NCBI GenBank assembly: GCA_043228905.1
Contig: JBHGNT010000014.1
Coordinates: forward strand, 19,220,001-19,284,000
Source of the DNA: Azolla caroliniana
Lineage: Eukaryota > Plantae > Polypodiophyta
Length of the DNA stretch: 64,000 nucleotides
Direction: 5' to 3'
Under the pieces are notes generated by a model that worked only from the letters and a program-made list of their open reading frames with translations, did not search any database and had not been told where the DNA came from. The position numbers were made by a program, and so were the translations under genes. This document shows, one piece after another, positions 10,568 to 23,229 of this stretch (its first letter is position 1; every line of letters starts with the position of its first letter).

Positions 10568-10860
10568 GTCAAATTTAATGCCACATTATCATCAACTTTC
10601 ATGTTTCGATAAGTTCCAACAACCAATAATTTTCCACAACTCTAGCATTATACTTGCATGACATCAATTGTCACTTCATGGATAATCTTGAGATATTGCA
10701 CTCTCCTCAATTCTCGTACTTTATTTGCATATAGGTCTATGTTGAAAAAAAGGGGAAATCCAAGAGATATTTGGTTATTGATTAAGAACATAAATTTGTC
10801 CTCTATGTCTTGATTGATAGCCAAACACATGTTTATTTCTTATATTACTTTTTCATTATG
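10568..10860 (-). mobile_element. Probable 5' continuation of the LINE remnant split by the transposon
   Basis: Lies directly across the TSD from the LINE remnant and is degenerate coding-like sequence on the minus strand; boundary uncertain. Confidence 0.4.
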
Positions 10861-10927
10861 AATTGCGCATTGTGTTATGGAGTAGAGCAAATGATGGCGT
10901 TGGGGTTTGAGCTTCAATTGACTGAAT

Positions 10928-13900
10928 TTATCCAAGAAGACCACATCGAATAAGGACTCGTTGTTGGTAGATGGTGAAATAAGAAGGTGAAATAGACCGC
11001 ACCACTATGCCGTTAGTGCCACACACAAAAGTTTCTACGATTGTTCGACAACAATGGGATGTTTGGTTGAGCATGCCCCTATTCAAACTACAACTTTTCC
11101 CAGACAACCATGCATAGAGGAAAATCTTGCAAGCACGGATGGTTAGGTTCGGTGTCGATGTAGGTGCTGGTGTTGGGATCAAGGTACTGTTGGTTGGAGT
11201 TGGTGTCGGTGTCAGAGATGGTTTTGGTGATGGAGTTGGGTTTGGGTTTGGGGTTGAGGTTGGAGATAAAGTTGAAGAAGGTGGCGATGTCGGTGTCGGG
11301 GTTCGGCTTGGGGTGGGAGTCAGGTTCGGTGTCGATGTAGGTGATGGTGTTGGGATTGAGGTACTATTGGTGGGAGATGGTTTTGGTGATGGGGCCGGGG
11401 TCAAGGGTGGGCTTGGGGTTGAAGTTGGTGATAAAATTGAAGATGGTGTTGGTATTGTCGATGTTGGTGTCGGTGTCGGTGTTGGGGTTGGGGTGGGAGT
11501 TAGATTAGGATTATGAGTTGGTGTTGATATTGTTGGTGTTGGTGCGGGAGTGGCCGTTGATGTTGGTGTCGGGGTTAGGTTTGGGTTTGGGGTTAGGGTC
11601 ACAGTTGGACTTGGACTTGGTGGTGGTGGAGGTGTAGTTGGGGTTGGGGTTGGGGTTAGGTTAGACGTGGGTGTGGGTGTGGGTGTGGGTGTGAGGGTCG
11701 GGGTCGGGGTCGAGGTTGGAGCGTGAATTGGGGTCAACATTGGTGTCAATGTTGGTGTTGGAGTTTGCGTCGGGGTCAAGATCGGGGTTGAGGTTGGAGT
11801 GTGAATTGGGGTCAACGTTGGTGTCAATGTTGGTGTTGGAGTTTGAGTTGGGGTCAAGATTGGGGTCGAGGCAGGAGAGGGAGTTTGAGTTGGAGTTTGA
11901 TACAAGATTGGTGTTAGTGTTACAGATTGAGATGGGGTTGGACTAGGGGTGGGAGTGGGAGATGGAGTTAGAGTTAAAGGTGTTGGCGTTGGCGTTTGAA
12001 TCGGGGTCGGGGTTGAGGTCGAAGAGGGAGAGGGAGTTAGTGTTGGTGTTGGAGTTTGAGATAGGGTTGGAGTAGGACTAGGGGTGGGTGATGGAGTTGG
12101 AGTATGAGATGAGATCGGTGTGGGAGTTTGAGTGGGAGTGGAAGGAGATAGATATGGGGTTGGGGTTGGGACCAGAGTGGGAGTGGGAGTGGAAGATAGA
12201 GATGGAGTTGGAGTTAAAGAAGTTAGTGGTGGTGTTGGTGTTGCACTTTGAGATGGTGTTAGAATAGGACTAGGGGTGGGAGTGGGAGTTGGAATTAAAG
12301 AAGTTGGTGTTGGAGTTTGATTTGGGGCTAGGGCCGGGGTCGAGGTAGGAGTTGAGCTCGAGATGGGAGTGAGAGTGGGAGTTGGCGTTTGAGATGGGAC
12401 TATAGTAGGACTAGGGGTGGGAGATGGAGATAAAGGTGGAGTTTGAGTTGGAGTTAAAGAAGTTGGTGTTGGTGTTGGAGTTTGAGATGGGGTTGGAGTA
12501 GCACTAGGGGTGGGAGGTGGAGATGGAGTTGGAGTTGAAGAAGTTGGTGTTGTTGCAAGGAACGGGGTTGGGGTTGGAGTAGCACTAGGGGTGGGAGTTG
12601 GAGTTGGAGTTGGAGTTGAAGAAGTTGGTGTTGTCGCAAAGAATGGGGTTGGAGTTGGAGTTGAGCTTGAGATGGGAGTTGGAGTTGGAGTGGGTGTTGA
12701 TGTGGATGTTGGTGTTGGTGTTGGTGTTTGAGATGGGTTTGGAGTAGGACTAGGGGTGTTAGATGGAGTTGGAGTTGGGGTTAAAGAAGCTGGTGTTGGA
12801 GTTTGATTTGGGGCTAGGATGGGGGTTGGGGTCAAAGTTGAACTTGAGATGGGAGTCGGAGTTGGTATTCCAGTTGGAGTTTGAGATGGGGTTTGTGTCG
12901 GAGTTGGAGTTAGAGTTGGAGTTGGAGTTGGTGTTGGTGTTGTTGTTTGGGATGGGGTTGGAGTAGGGTTAGGTGTGGGAGATGGAGATGGAGATGGAGA
13001 TGGAGATGTTGCTGGAGTTAGAGTCGGAGTTGGAGTATGAGATGATATCGGTGTGGGAGTAGGAGTAGGGATAGCAGATAGATACGGAGTTGGGGTTGGT
13101 TCTTGAGTGGGACTGGGAATGGGAGTTGGAGTTAAAGAAATTGGTGTTGGTGCCGGTGTTGGTGTTACAGTTTGAGATGGGGTTAAAGTAGAACTAGTAG
13201 TGGGAGTGGGAGATGGAGATGGAGATGGACTTAAAGAACTTGGTGTTGGAGTTGGGGCATGGACCGGGGTTGGGGTCGGAGTTGAGCTCGAGATGGGAGT
13301 GGGAGTGGGAGTGGGAGTGGGAGTGGGAGTGGGTGTGGGGGTTAGAGGCGGTGTTGATGTTGATGCTTGTGTTGGAGTTTGTGAGGGGCTGGGAGTGGGA
13401 GGTGGAGTTGGAGTTGGAGTTAAAGAAGTTCGTGCGGGAGCTGGTGTTGGTGTTGGTGTTAGTGTTGGTGTCTGTGCTTGTGATGGAGTTTGAGATGGGG
13501 TTTGTGTGGGGTTGGGGATGGGAGTGGGAGTGGGAGTGGGAGTGGGAGTGGGAGTGGGAGTGGGAGTGGGAGGTGCAGGTGGAGATGGAGATGGACTTAA
13601 AGAATTTGGTGTTGGAGTTGGGGCTTGGACCAGGGTTGGGGTCGGAGTTGAGCTCGAGATGGGAGTGGGCGCAGGCGTGGGGGTTAGAGTCGGTGTCGGT
13701 GTCAATGCTTGTGATGGGGTTTGTGAGGGGCTAGGGATGGGAGTGGGAGTGGGAGTGGGAGGTGGAGTTGGAGTTAAAGAAGTTGGTGCTAGAGTTGGTG
13801 TTGGTGTCTGAACTTGTGATGGAGTTTGAGATGGAGTGGGAGTGGGGTTGGGGTTGGGGTTGGGGATTGGAGTGGGAGTGGGAGGTATAAGTAGAGATGG

Positions 13901-16900
13901 AGATGGAGATGGACTTAAACCTGGAGTTGGGGCTTGGACCGGGGTTGGGGTCGGAGTTGAGCTCGAGATGGGATTGGGTGTGGGTGTGGGGGTTAGAGTC
14001 GGTGTCGATGCTTGTGTTGGGGTTTGAGATGGGGTTTGTGTGGGGCTAGGGATGGGAGTGGGAGTGGGAGGTGGAGTTAAAGAAGTTGGGGTTGGAGCTG
14101 GTGTTGGTGAATGTGCTTGTGATGGAGTTTGAGATGGAGTTTGAGATGGAGTTTGAGATGGGGTTTGTGTGGGGCTGGGGATGGGAGTGGGCGTAGGCGT
14201 GGGGGTTAGAGTCGGTGTCGGTGTCAATGCTTGTGTTGGAGTTTGTGAGGGGTTGAGGCTGGGAGTGGGAGTGAGAGGTGGAGATGGAGTTAAAGAAGTT
14301 GGACTAGGTGCTAGAGCTGGTGTTGGTGTTGGTGAATATTCTTGTGATGGAGTTTGAGATGGGGTTTGTATGGGAGTGGGAGTGGGAGTTGGAGTTGGAG
14401 GTGGAGATGGACTTAAAGAATTTGGTGTTGGAGTTGGGGCTTGGACCAGGGTTGGGGTCGGAGTTGAGCTCAAGATGGGAGTGGGTGCAGGCGTGGGGGT
14501 TAGAGTCGGTGTCAATGTCGGTGCTTGTGATGGGGTTTGTGAGGGGCTGGGGATGGGAGTGGGAGATGGAGTTGGAGTTGGTTTTAAAGAAGTTGGTGCC
14601 AAAACTGGTGCTTGTGATGGAGTTTGAGATGGGGTGGGAGTGGGGGTGGGAGTGGGAGTGGGAGTGGGAGTGGAAGGTAGAGGTGGTGATGGAGATGGAC
14701 TTAAACCTGGTGTTGGAGTTGGAGTTTGAGTTGGGGCTTGGGTCGGGGTTGGGGTTGGAGTTGAGCTCGAGATGGGAGTGGGCGTGGGCGTGGGGGTGGA
14801 GGTGGGGGTTAGAGTCGGTGTCGATGCTTGTGATGGAGTTTGAGATGGGGTTTGTGTGGGGCTAGGGATGGGAGTGAGAGTGGGAGGTAGAGATGGAGTT
14901 GGAGTTAAAGAAGTTGGTGATGGGGTTGGTGTTGGTGTTGGTGAATGTGCTTGTGATGGAGTTGTAGATGGGGTTTGCGTGGGGCTGGGGATGGGAGTGG
15001 AAGTGGAAGTGGAAGTGGGAGATGGAGATGGAGATGGACTTAAAGAATTTGGTGTTGGAGTTGGGGCTTGGACCGGGGTTGGGGTTGGGGTTGAGCTTGA
15101 GATGGGAGTGGGCATGGGCGTGTGGGTTAGAATCGGTGTCGGTGTCAATGCTTGTGATGGGGTTTGTGAGGGGCTAGGGATGGGAGTGGGAGTGGGAGTG
15201 GGAGTGGGAGTGGGAGTTGGAGTTGGAGTTGGAGTAAAAGAAGTTGGTGCCAAAGTTGGTGTTGGTATTGGTGTCTGTGCTTGTGATGGAGTTTGAGATG
15301 GGGTTTGTGTGGGGTTGGGGATTGGAGTGGGAGTGGGAGTGGGAGGTGGAGATGGTGATGGAGATGGACTTAAACCTGGTGTTGGAGTTGGAGTTTGAGT
15401 TGGGGCTTGGGTTGGGGTTGAGCTCGAGATGGGGGTGGGAGTGGGCATGGGGGTTAGAGTCGGTGTTGGTGTTGGTGTTGGTGTGGATGTTTGTGTTGGA
15501 GTTTGAGATGGGGTTTGTGTGGGGCTAGGGATGGGAGTGGGAGTGGGAGGTGGAGGTGGGTTTGGACTTAATGAACTTGGTGTTGGAGTTGGAGTTGGGG
15601 CTTGGACTGGGGTTGGGGTTGGAGTTGAGCTCGAGATGGGAGTGGGCGTGGGCGTGGGGGTTAGAGTAGGTGTCGGTGTCGGTGTCGATGATTCTGTTGG
15701 AGTTTGAGATGGGGTTTGTGTGGGGTTGGGGATGGGGGTGGAAGTGGAAGTGGGAGGTGGAGATTGAGTTGGAGTTAAAGAAGTTGGTGCCAGAGTTGGT
15801 GTTGGTGTTTGTGCTTGTGATGGTGTTTGAGATGGGGTTTGTGTGGGGTTGGGAGTGGGAGTGGGAGTGGGAGTGGGAGTGGAAGTGGGAGGTGGAGATG
15901 GAGATGGACTTAAAGAACTTGGTGTTGGAGTTGGGGCTTGCGTCGGGGTTGGAGTTGAGCTTGAGATGGGAGTGGGAGTGGAAGTGGAAGTGGAAGTTGG
16001 AGTTGGAGTTGGAGTTGGAGTTAAAGAAGTTGGTGCTAGTATTGGTGTTGTTGTCATTGTCGGTGCTTGTGATGAAGTTTGAGATGGGGTTTGTGTGGGG
16101 TTGGGAATGGGAGTGGGAGTGGGAGGTAGAGGTGGAGTTGGAGTTAAAGAAGTTGGTGTCAGTGTCGGTGCCTGTGATGGAGTTTGTGTGGGAGTGGGAG
16201 TGGGAGTGGGAGTTGGCGTTGGCGTTGGCGTTGTAATTTGAGATGTGGGTGGAGTAGGACTAGGGGTGGGAGCAAGAGTGGGAGCAAGAGATAGAGATGG
16301 ACTTGGAGTTGGAGCTAAAGAAGTTGGTGTTGGTGTTGGTGGAGGGGTTTGAACCGGTGGAGGTGAAGTCAAGAGACCACATCGGGTAAGGATTTGAATT
16401 TGGGTGCTAGTGAATGAATTGGGTGAAACAAATTGCACCAATGCACCATTGGCACCACATATGGAAGTTCCTACAATTGTGCGGCAACACAAAGATGTTG
16501 GGTTGATGACACCCACATTAGATGTACATGTGATGCTAGACAACCACGTAGAAAGAAAACTTGAGCACAATGAAACACCAAAGGGAGGGGGTGGTGGAGG
16601 CGGAATGCCAGTGACAAGGATATTGCATTTGTTCTTGAGGAATTGAAGGGTCTTGGGGCTAAAGGATGTGGGTGGCAAAGATGTGAGGACGCCAGGAGCA
16701 CATGCATAAGAGACAATGGGGCAACAAATTCTTGGACTAGCAAAAATGCCGCTACACAAGAAGCTTGACAAAATCCCATTTACGACACGAGCACACGTAT
16801 TGGTGTCGATAATATTAGCATGGGTCGGCATTGGACGAGAAATGGAAAATGTCAACAATAAGAGCAAAGTTGATAAAAGTAGGTAACGTTGCATGTCCAT
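10928..16900 (-). CDS. Giant secreted Thr/Pro/Ser-rich glycoprotein (chimeric AGP/extensin-like) with three six-Cys prolamin-like/EC1-like domains
   Basis: Single ~1990-codon ORF with signal peptide [21 protein letters not shown]. Two N-terminal and one C-terminal C-x~12-C-x~10-CC-x~8-C-x~23-C domains flank ~1750 aa of TP/SP repeats. ATG at 16900 or 16894. Confidence 0.85.
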   Translation of the reverse strand: MDMQRYLLLSTLLLLLTFSISRPMPTHANIIDTNTCARVVNGILSSFLCSGIFASPRICCPIVSYACAPGVLTSLPPTSFSPKTLQFLKNKCNILVTGIPPPPPPPFGVSLCSSFLSTWLSSITCTSNVGVINPTSLCCRTIVGTSICGANGALVQFVSPNSFTSTQIQILTRCGLLTSPPPVQTPPPTPTPTSLAPTPSPSLSLAPTLAPTPSPTPPTSQITTPTPTPTPTPTPTPTQTPSQAPTLTPTSLTPTPPLPPTPTPIPNPTQTPSQTSSQAPTMTTTPILAPTSLTPTPTPTPTSTSTSTPTPISSSTPTPTQAPTPTPSSLSPSPSPPPTSTPTPTPTPTPNPTQTPSQTPSQAQTPTPTLAPTSLTPTQSPPPTSTSTPIPNPTQTPSQTPTESSTPTPTPTLTPTPTPTPISSSTPTPTPVQAPTPTPTPSSLSPNPPPPPTPTPIPSPTQTPSQTPTQTSTPTPTPTPTLTPMPTPTPISSSTPTQAPTQTPTPTPGLSPSPSPSPPPTPTPTPIPNPTQTPSQTPSQAQTPIPTPTLAPTSFTPTPTPTPTPTPTPTPTPIPSPSQTPSQALTPTPILTHTPMPTPISSSTPTPTPVQAPTPTPNSLSPSPSPSPTSTSTSTPIPSPTQTPSTTPSQAHSPTPTPTPSPTSLTPTPSLPPTLTPIPSPTQTPSQTPSQASTPTLTPTSTPTPTPTPISSSTPTPTPTQAPTQTPTPTPGLSPSPSPPLPSTPTPTPTPTPTPTPSQTPSQAPVLAPTSLKPTPTPSPTPIPSPSQTPSQAPTLTPTLTPTPAPTPILSSTPTPTLVQAPTPTPNSLSPSPPPTPTPTPTPIQTPSQTPSQEYSPTPTPALAPSPTSLTPSPPLTPTPSLNPSQTPTQALTPTPTLTPTPTPTPIPSPTQTPSQTPSQTPSQTPSQAHSPTPAPTPTSLTPPPTPTPIPSPTQTPSQTPTQASTPTLTPTPTPNPISSSTPTPTPVQAPTPGLSPSPSPSLLIPPTPTPIPNPNPNPTPTPSQTPSQVQTPTPTLAPTSLTPTPPPTPTPTPIPSPSQTPSQALTPTPTLTPTPAPTPISSSTPTPTLVQAPTPTPNSLSPSPSPPAPPTPTPTPTPTPTPTPTPIPNPTQTPSQTPSQAQTPTLTPTPTPAPARTSLTPTPTPPPTPSPSQTPTQASTSTPPLTPTPTPTPTPTPTPTPISSSTPTPTPVHAPTPTPSSLSPSPSPSPTPTTSSTLTPSQTVTPTPAPTPISLTPTPIPSPTQEPTPTPYLSAIPTPTPTPISSHTPTPTLTPATSPSPSPSPSPTPNPTPTPSQTTTPTPTPTPTLTPTPTQTPSQTPTGIPTPTPISSSTLTPTPILAPNQTPTPASLTPTPTPSNTPSPTPNPSQTPTPTPTSTSTPTPTPTPISSSTPTPTPFFATTPTSSTPTPTPTPTPSATPTPTPFLATTPTSSTPTPSPPPTPSATPTPSQTPTPTPTSLTPTQTPPLSPSPTPSPTIVPSQTPTPTLTPISSSTPTSTPALAPNQTPTPTSLIPTPTPTPSPILTPSQSATPTPPLTSLTPTPSLSSTPTPTLVPTPTPYLSPSTPTQTPTPISSHTPTPSPTPSPTPTLSQTPTPTLTPSPSSTSTPTPIQTPTPTPLTLTPSPTPTPSPTPSQSVTLTPILYQTPTQTPSPASTPILTPTQTPTPTLTPTLTPIHTPTSTPILTPTQTPTPTLTPMLTPIHAPTSTPTPTLTPTPTPTPTSNLTPTPTPTTPPPPPSPSPTVTLTPNPNLTPTPTSTATPAPTPTISTPTHNPNLTPTPTPTPTPTPTSTIPTPSSILSPTSTPSPPLTPAPSPKPSPTNSTSIPTPSPTSTPNLTPTPSRTPTPTSPPSSTLSPTSTPNPNPTPSPKPSLTPTPTPTNSTLIPTPAPTSTPNLTIRACKIFLYAWLSGKSCSLNRGMLNQTSHCCRTIVETFVCGTNGIVVRSISPSYFTIYQQRVLIRCGLLG

Positions 16901-19900
16901 CGCCACCCGTGTTAATATTTATATAATGGATGACACTTATAGTATATCAAACATGTAAATGTGTGTTTTTGCTAATCACGCTTGTCCCTCACATCTTTTA
17001 TAGTAGTCGAGTTCTCATGTATCATCCAAAGTCACTATTATATTTCCAAAGTATTAATGATAACAACAACCATGGAAATTGAAACCTCGAATCAGAGTCA
17101 TAATGATAAGAAAATTATATTTTCGCCCTTCCTTAATGTATATAATCCTCAATATTTAACCTTCTACATATACTACTCAATCTTCCAATCACTATTATAT
17201 TCAAAGCTTTTTATGGTGTATAGATTGTTTTCTTGACAAGCATGGCACAAACTTTCATATATGGTTGGTTATATGATCACATCTTCATCTTTTTTAGCTA
17301 CCCCAAAAAATTTGATAGATCTAAAACTTTAATTTGTTTCCAATCACCCAAGTTTTTTTCCACCTAAACTACTAAGTGATTCTAACTTCACTCAAAACTT
17401 GCTTTAAATGGAATTGTTATTTGTTAGAATCTGATGATGTTAGAGGCTGAGGGGTGTGTGTGTGTGTGGGTGCCTAGGCTCATGTGCCCTCCACTGTTTT
17501 GAAGAGTATGTGAAGATGGATCCATTTGTTATTTATCGTTTGGGAAATATGAGAATTCTACACGTGAGGAATAGGGATGTAACCATCAACTTCATTCATT
17601 ATACCACTATTTGAAGACGTTTCGCTCAATAATTATCTCCTATCTTATACAAAATTTGTTATGAAGAATGTATGCAACCATGATCGAGAAGTCAATACCG
17701 GCCGGTGGAAATAGGATGTTGGTGACTCATGTGGTTGGGATTGTTGAGAGGCGAACAAAGAACTTGAGATATTGTTTCACTTATGACATGAAAACAATAG
17801 TTTCCTCAATATAGATACCTTCCCTTAACAAGAATATTGCTTGCAAGGTTCTACTAGAGATATGCAAGAGAATTGATATCAACGATGCCCAATGTATACT
17901 AGACCATGCACATGTGTAGACACGTACAAGAAGTTACAAATAAAGCAAATATGTTGAGGAATTTGTATTGAGTGAGGTCATAGAAACATATTGTAGATGC
18001 ATTATTTCTCTCTCCTTGTGTTTCGATTTCAAACTCCATTTATTATTATGTGCCCTTCTAGCCTCAAAAAAACTGAACTATACATATTGATAACACTCTC
18101 GTGGTTTGATGTGGAAGATCGGTACCACTAGATCTATCCATAAGGGACAAGGGAGCATCAAATTTGTAGTTTGAGCATTATTTGTAGTGGATATACTCTA
18201 CATGGTTTGTGTTGATTAGGACTTTTATGAATTCACCGTAAGGGAAAGAGATGAAAAGAGTCTTTCTCCACACATATGTGCAAGCTTGTTATTTCTACAT
18301 GGTATTACTCCAAATATATGTAGAGTATAGGGAAAACATGTGAAACGATGGCCCCATTTAATAAATGCTACATGAAGAACGAAATTTTGTGAAGAAACAT
18401 AATAATCTTACATGGATCCATTTGTTTTCAATTGATGTCGACATGCCTTTTTGAAAGATTGATGATGGATTGCTTTGTACGATTCATCTAAGATTTTGGT
18501 GCACCTTTTTGCAAAGTCATACTTTAGATTTAGCAAAGTAATGAAGGCATCTAGCCATTTATTTTGGACATCAAGTGAAAAAACTAGCATGCATACTTTG
18601 TTGTCATATACTAAATGCGATATCAAACCAACTTGTCATTGTTTGTGAAAAATATACACTCCTGGCTTAATTTTTCAGTGGTGCTTAGAAATATCTTGAT
18701 TTTAAACAAAAATTAGATAGAAATATATCACGTTTTTACTAGATTCCCATGCATTTGCATTTTTATAGCCACCATTCGATTATTATCTCGAAGATCAAGC
18801 TTTGCCTACTACCATTTTTCTTTCTCTATGAATTCAAGTGTTTGTGTTGAAGCACCAAACTAGGAGTTGTGTTGACAAGATTTTAGTAGTCTTTATGCTT
18901 CCTTTTCAAATTGGGGGTTAGCATTGAGAATTATCTTGACCACACAAGGATTAATAAGGCCATGTCTGAAATATACCCTAATGATTTGTCACATGAGAGA
19001 GTTTTGACAAAGTCTCGATAGTAATCATCATGCCCACTACATTAATTTGAGAATCCTTCAATATGAAACTTTTCACCAATCATCTAAAGCAATCTAAAGT
19101 TATGCAATTGATCAAATCCAAGTTCCTCGATCAAAGGCAATGGTTGGTTAATCTCCATGTTGTTCAATGGTTCAAACTTCACAATTTGCCACCATGAGTC
19201 CCCAACAATATCTCTTTCGCCTTCTTCCTCCCTTCTCATGAAACATAAAAGGTAAATCTCCCTAGAAGGGGATACCTATTTAGCTCTCTCAAGCAGTACA
19301 TAAATTACATATGGTCTTGTTCTTCAAACCTTATAAGTCCCCACTCTTAACGTCTGCTAGTTATCATTACTAATTACCCCCATGCCTTTGGGTACTTCTA
19401 TGTTGGCTTTCCTTTCAGAGGCCATCATGAGGCAACTCATTAGCATGTTAGCTATTCGTTTCAAAATTGCATCTACAACAAACATTCTAGGTCAAGTAAA
19501 AGTTGTAAGCTTGCCACAAGCATTTGTATGATCATGCATTAATGATATTTCAACAATACACTCTAAAGGATCGTTCATACAAATTGCCTCCAAGCCCAAG
19601 AAAAGGGTGTTGATAGGAGATCACCTTTGTTCGTAGTGGCCTACCACGATTTCATTCTTACCCCTTATATAGGTTGAAGTGATTTCCTACATGGACTCTT
19701 TAAGCATCTTTCTATACTCGTAAGGGGTTGATTCCTCCAACGCCTATAACATCCACTATATATTTGTGTGTACCAATCATTTTCGTATGAAGTTTGTTTT
19801 CATTAAATATTAGATGTGCTTGTGAGTTATATACTTATTCTCTCGAGCCAAAATAAACCATCAAACCAAGGATCCACTAGACACATTTTGATCGAGATTG

Positions 19901-21012
19901 GAACTACCTATACTCCAGTGTTTCAAATTGTTCAAGATCATGTGGCATTAAATTATATATTACGTGATGATGTAAGAAACAACTCATACAAATACTTTCT
20001 ATTTCTACATAACGATGTAACAACCCTAGACAATGTCCATAATAGTAGCACTAAATATTGCAATGTTCTTTAACACTTGAGTAGAGAAGGTGATGCATAT
20101 CACAAACCTTGACATATCACTTATTTAACATGATCGCTTCATGAATACTCATTGACAAATGTAAAATGTGAAGATATTTTTGTGACTAACCGACATTTTA
20201 AATTTGCATTCCTGTCTTTATTAATTAAAGAACCCAACTTTACTTCTTTATTAGTTATTATTTATGAATCGTGCATGTTGTTATGTAGCATGACCAAAAG
20301 ATGGTTTTGTTGTGGCTAGATGTTAAGCTTGTCTTGTGTAATCTTTATATTAGCTCCAAAGTCTTGCAGTATAATTGAAAGTCGATGAGAAATTTCATAA
20401 ACCTTTAATGATAACAACCACCATGTAAACGGAAACCCGTGGAACTTTAATAATGAGAAGGAACCTTCCATAAATGTAAACCATCAAATTTCAACTTCCT
20501 ATACAATGTTCAGGCAATTATTGTATTAAAATGGTTTTAACAATCTACGATTCTTTTTCGCGACTAGCATTTGTTAACAAAATAAGAAGTAAAATTTTGT
20601 TTGTAGTTATTTATATAATTATTTTTTATATTTGGATTGTTTTTCTTTCACTAGTTGAATGGAGTGATTATACTATGCATAGTAGAGAATGCATATTCTA
20701 TTCCCTTTAACTTGGAGTCCAGACTCCAACTCAAAAATACTTTAGTTTGGAGAGACTGCAACCATGAATAATGTATTTGTATAATGCGTGCAATACCAAA
20801 CAAACGATGTAAAGAACCTCCACTATTTAGGAAAAAGGTGTCCTTTCTCATTAGAAAATGTTTCATAGCATTTTTGCACTTTAACATGTTAGAAATGTTT
20901 GTATATCCAGTGAACCTGCTAAACATGTGTAAATCTTGCTAAATTCCAAACATAATCATATGGTATTTTAGAAGGTCCCGATCTTTCATGCATAATGGAA
21001 TTTGGCGATTCT

Positions 21013-21116
21013 CTCTCATAATTGTCTATTCTTTGGGATTTTGTGATATTCTCGCTCTCTCATAATTGTCTATTCTTTGAGATTTTGTGATAGTCTCTCT
21101 CTCTCTCTCTCTCTCT
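21013..21116 (+). repeat. Two ~44-bp tandem units plus (CT)n at the LINE 5' junction; a third partial copy at 35149-35173 after the LINE tail
   Basis: CATAATTGTCTATTCTTTG.GATTT seen at ~21017, 21061 and 35149. Confidence 0.7.
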
Positions 21117-22622
21117 AGAATGTTACAAATGACAAAGATACAACATGGTGCCACAATAGACTGCAAATGGGAAGTTTTTAAAAAAGTCATTCTCTCATGC
21201 ACAAACAAATGTTTTTCGACCAACCGCACATCTTGGAAATGTACCAAGAAATGTACTTCAAAGAAAAAATGGTTTGATAAAGAATGTCGTGAAGCTCGAA
21301 AGTGCCTTATGGTTTTAGATGTAGTTAACGATAAAGAAAATTACCAAAAGCATTTGCATGAGTACAAAAGGCTTAGTCAAAGAAAGAGAAGAATATGGGA
21401 AGTTACTTAACAATTTGTCCAAACGCAAGAGAAAGAACATGCATGTGCTAAATTTTGGGGAAATCTAAAGGGGAAACGTGTTGAGGGTTATGGTGATTTA
21501 ACTCTTCATGACTTGTATATGCATTGTAAGAATTTATATGAGCTATCTCTTTCCAGAAAGATGATGTGTTATGGTTCTCTTTCACATATGTGTCCCTTCT
21601 TTACAATTGAAGATATAGGAATAGGACTTAAGAAATTGGCATCTCGAAAGGCAAGCGATCTTCAATGTATAAAGGTTGAAATGCTCAAATGGACGGGAAA
21701 GGAAGCACATGTATGGATAAATGATATGTTTAATGATGTATTGCAACATGGTATGTCATACGATTGGACTAGGAATTGGATCAAACCTTTACATAAAGGT
21801 GGAGATGTAAATAATGTAAACAACTATCAAACCATCATGGTTGGCTCGTTAATGGCATATTTGGATGTATAATGAATCAAAGATAAGTGCATGGACGGAA
21901 AAAAAATGGTAAAAGAGCTTATGGACAAGCTGGCTTTCAAAAACACCACAACACCATTGATCACCTTGTCACCCTTCGAGTATTAAAGGAGAAAGTCGCC
22001 TTAGAGGTAATGATTTATATTGTTGCTTTGTAGACTTCAAGAAAGCTTTTGATATGGAACCTTGTGAGAATCTTTAGAGGCGAATGGAAAAACTCGAGGT
22101 GTCAAGTGAAAATATGCTTGCAATTTCACTAATATATGAGAAGGTATATATGTTGTGTGCGTATGAGAGATAGACTTTTAGATTTTTTCAATAGCACTAT
22201 TGGTGTTAAGCAAGGATGCCCACTCTCACCATTTGTTCTATGCATTGATGAAATGGAAAAAATCATTGTCAAGTTTGTAAAGGAAGAATGTGTTGAAGAA
22301 GTTGCCATTGGAAATGTTGTCATTATGCTTTTGCTATCTTTATATGATGTAGTGTTTTTTGCAAATACTTTAGGAGATGCACAAAAGCTTATGAAGGGAT
22401 TGGAAAATTTTTGCATGCATAGTAAATTAAGTGTCAATAGATCTAAAACAAAGATTATGCTTGTGAAGAGCCAAAAAAGAGATAAACCATGCATTATGTA
22501 CAATAATGAGTCACTTGAATGTACAGACAGCTTCAAATATATTGGCCTTGAAGTTCCTTCAAATCATAGATGGAATAAATGTGCAACACGCCGCTTAGAG
22601 GCAGGTAAACGAGCATATTATG

Positions 22623-23061
22623 TGTTAAGAATTAGGGAATTAAGAAAGGGTTAATTAGTACCTAATTATTTGATTAAGTTAAGCAAAAGATTAAGTGATA
22701 TGTGTGTGTATGTGTGTGAGATGAGGAGAGAGAGAGAGGAAGTTAATACTTATGAACAACGCGACAAGATGGGAGATGATTAAGTATATTAAAAAGCATC
22801 ATCAAATACAAAAATACCGCAATGAGGTATATATACATCTCATGTGCAAAGGTGCACATGTATGAGTAGAATATAGGTACAACCATGTAAGTCCTATATT
22901 AAATGAACATGGGAGTGGAGGATCTACAATGTATCCCACTCAAGTACAAAATCCTATTTAAGACTTTAAGGTCAACACACTAACTAGATTCTATCTAGGT
23001 AACTACTAAGTTACGTGTGTTGACTAACTAACTAAACTAAGTTGAGCTTGATATCTCAACA
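22623..23061 (-). repeat. Copia 3' LTR
   Basis: ~95% identical to 32792-33229. Confidence 0.95.
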
Positions 23062-23229
23062 TGACCCCTCAAGCTCAAGTGTGAGGCGCACAACGTTCGC
23101 TTTCACTTTCGTTGACTTTCGTCTAGCCTTCGGCTTTCTTCGGCCTTTCCGAGGCAGTTTCGGTTCCTCCCCCTCAAGCTGGTGACGAAGGCTTGTAGTC
23201 TAAAGTGGGCGAAGTCCGACTGCTTCCAC

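Noticed and set aside
11127-16646. Many plus-strand ORFs encoding GV/WE/LE repeats
   Set aside because: Antisense shadows of the Thr-Pro repeat gene on the minus strand.
17400-20900. Possible ancient retroelement debris (e.g. QPLPLIEEL near 19130)
   Set aside because: Too degenerate; no supportable boundaries or second motif.
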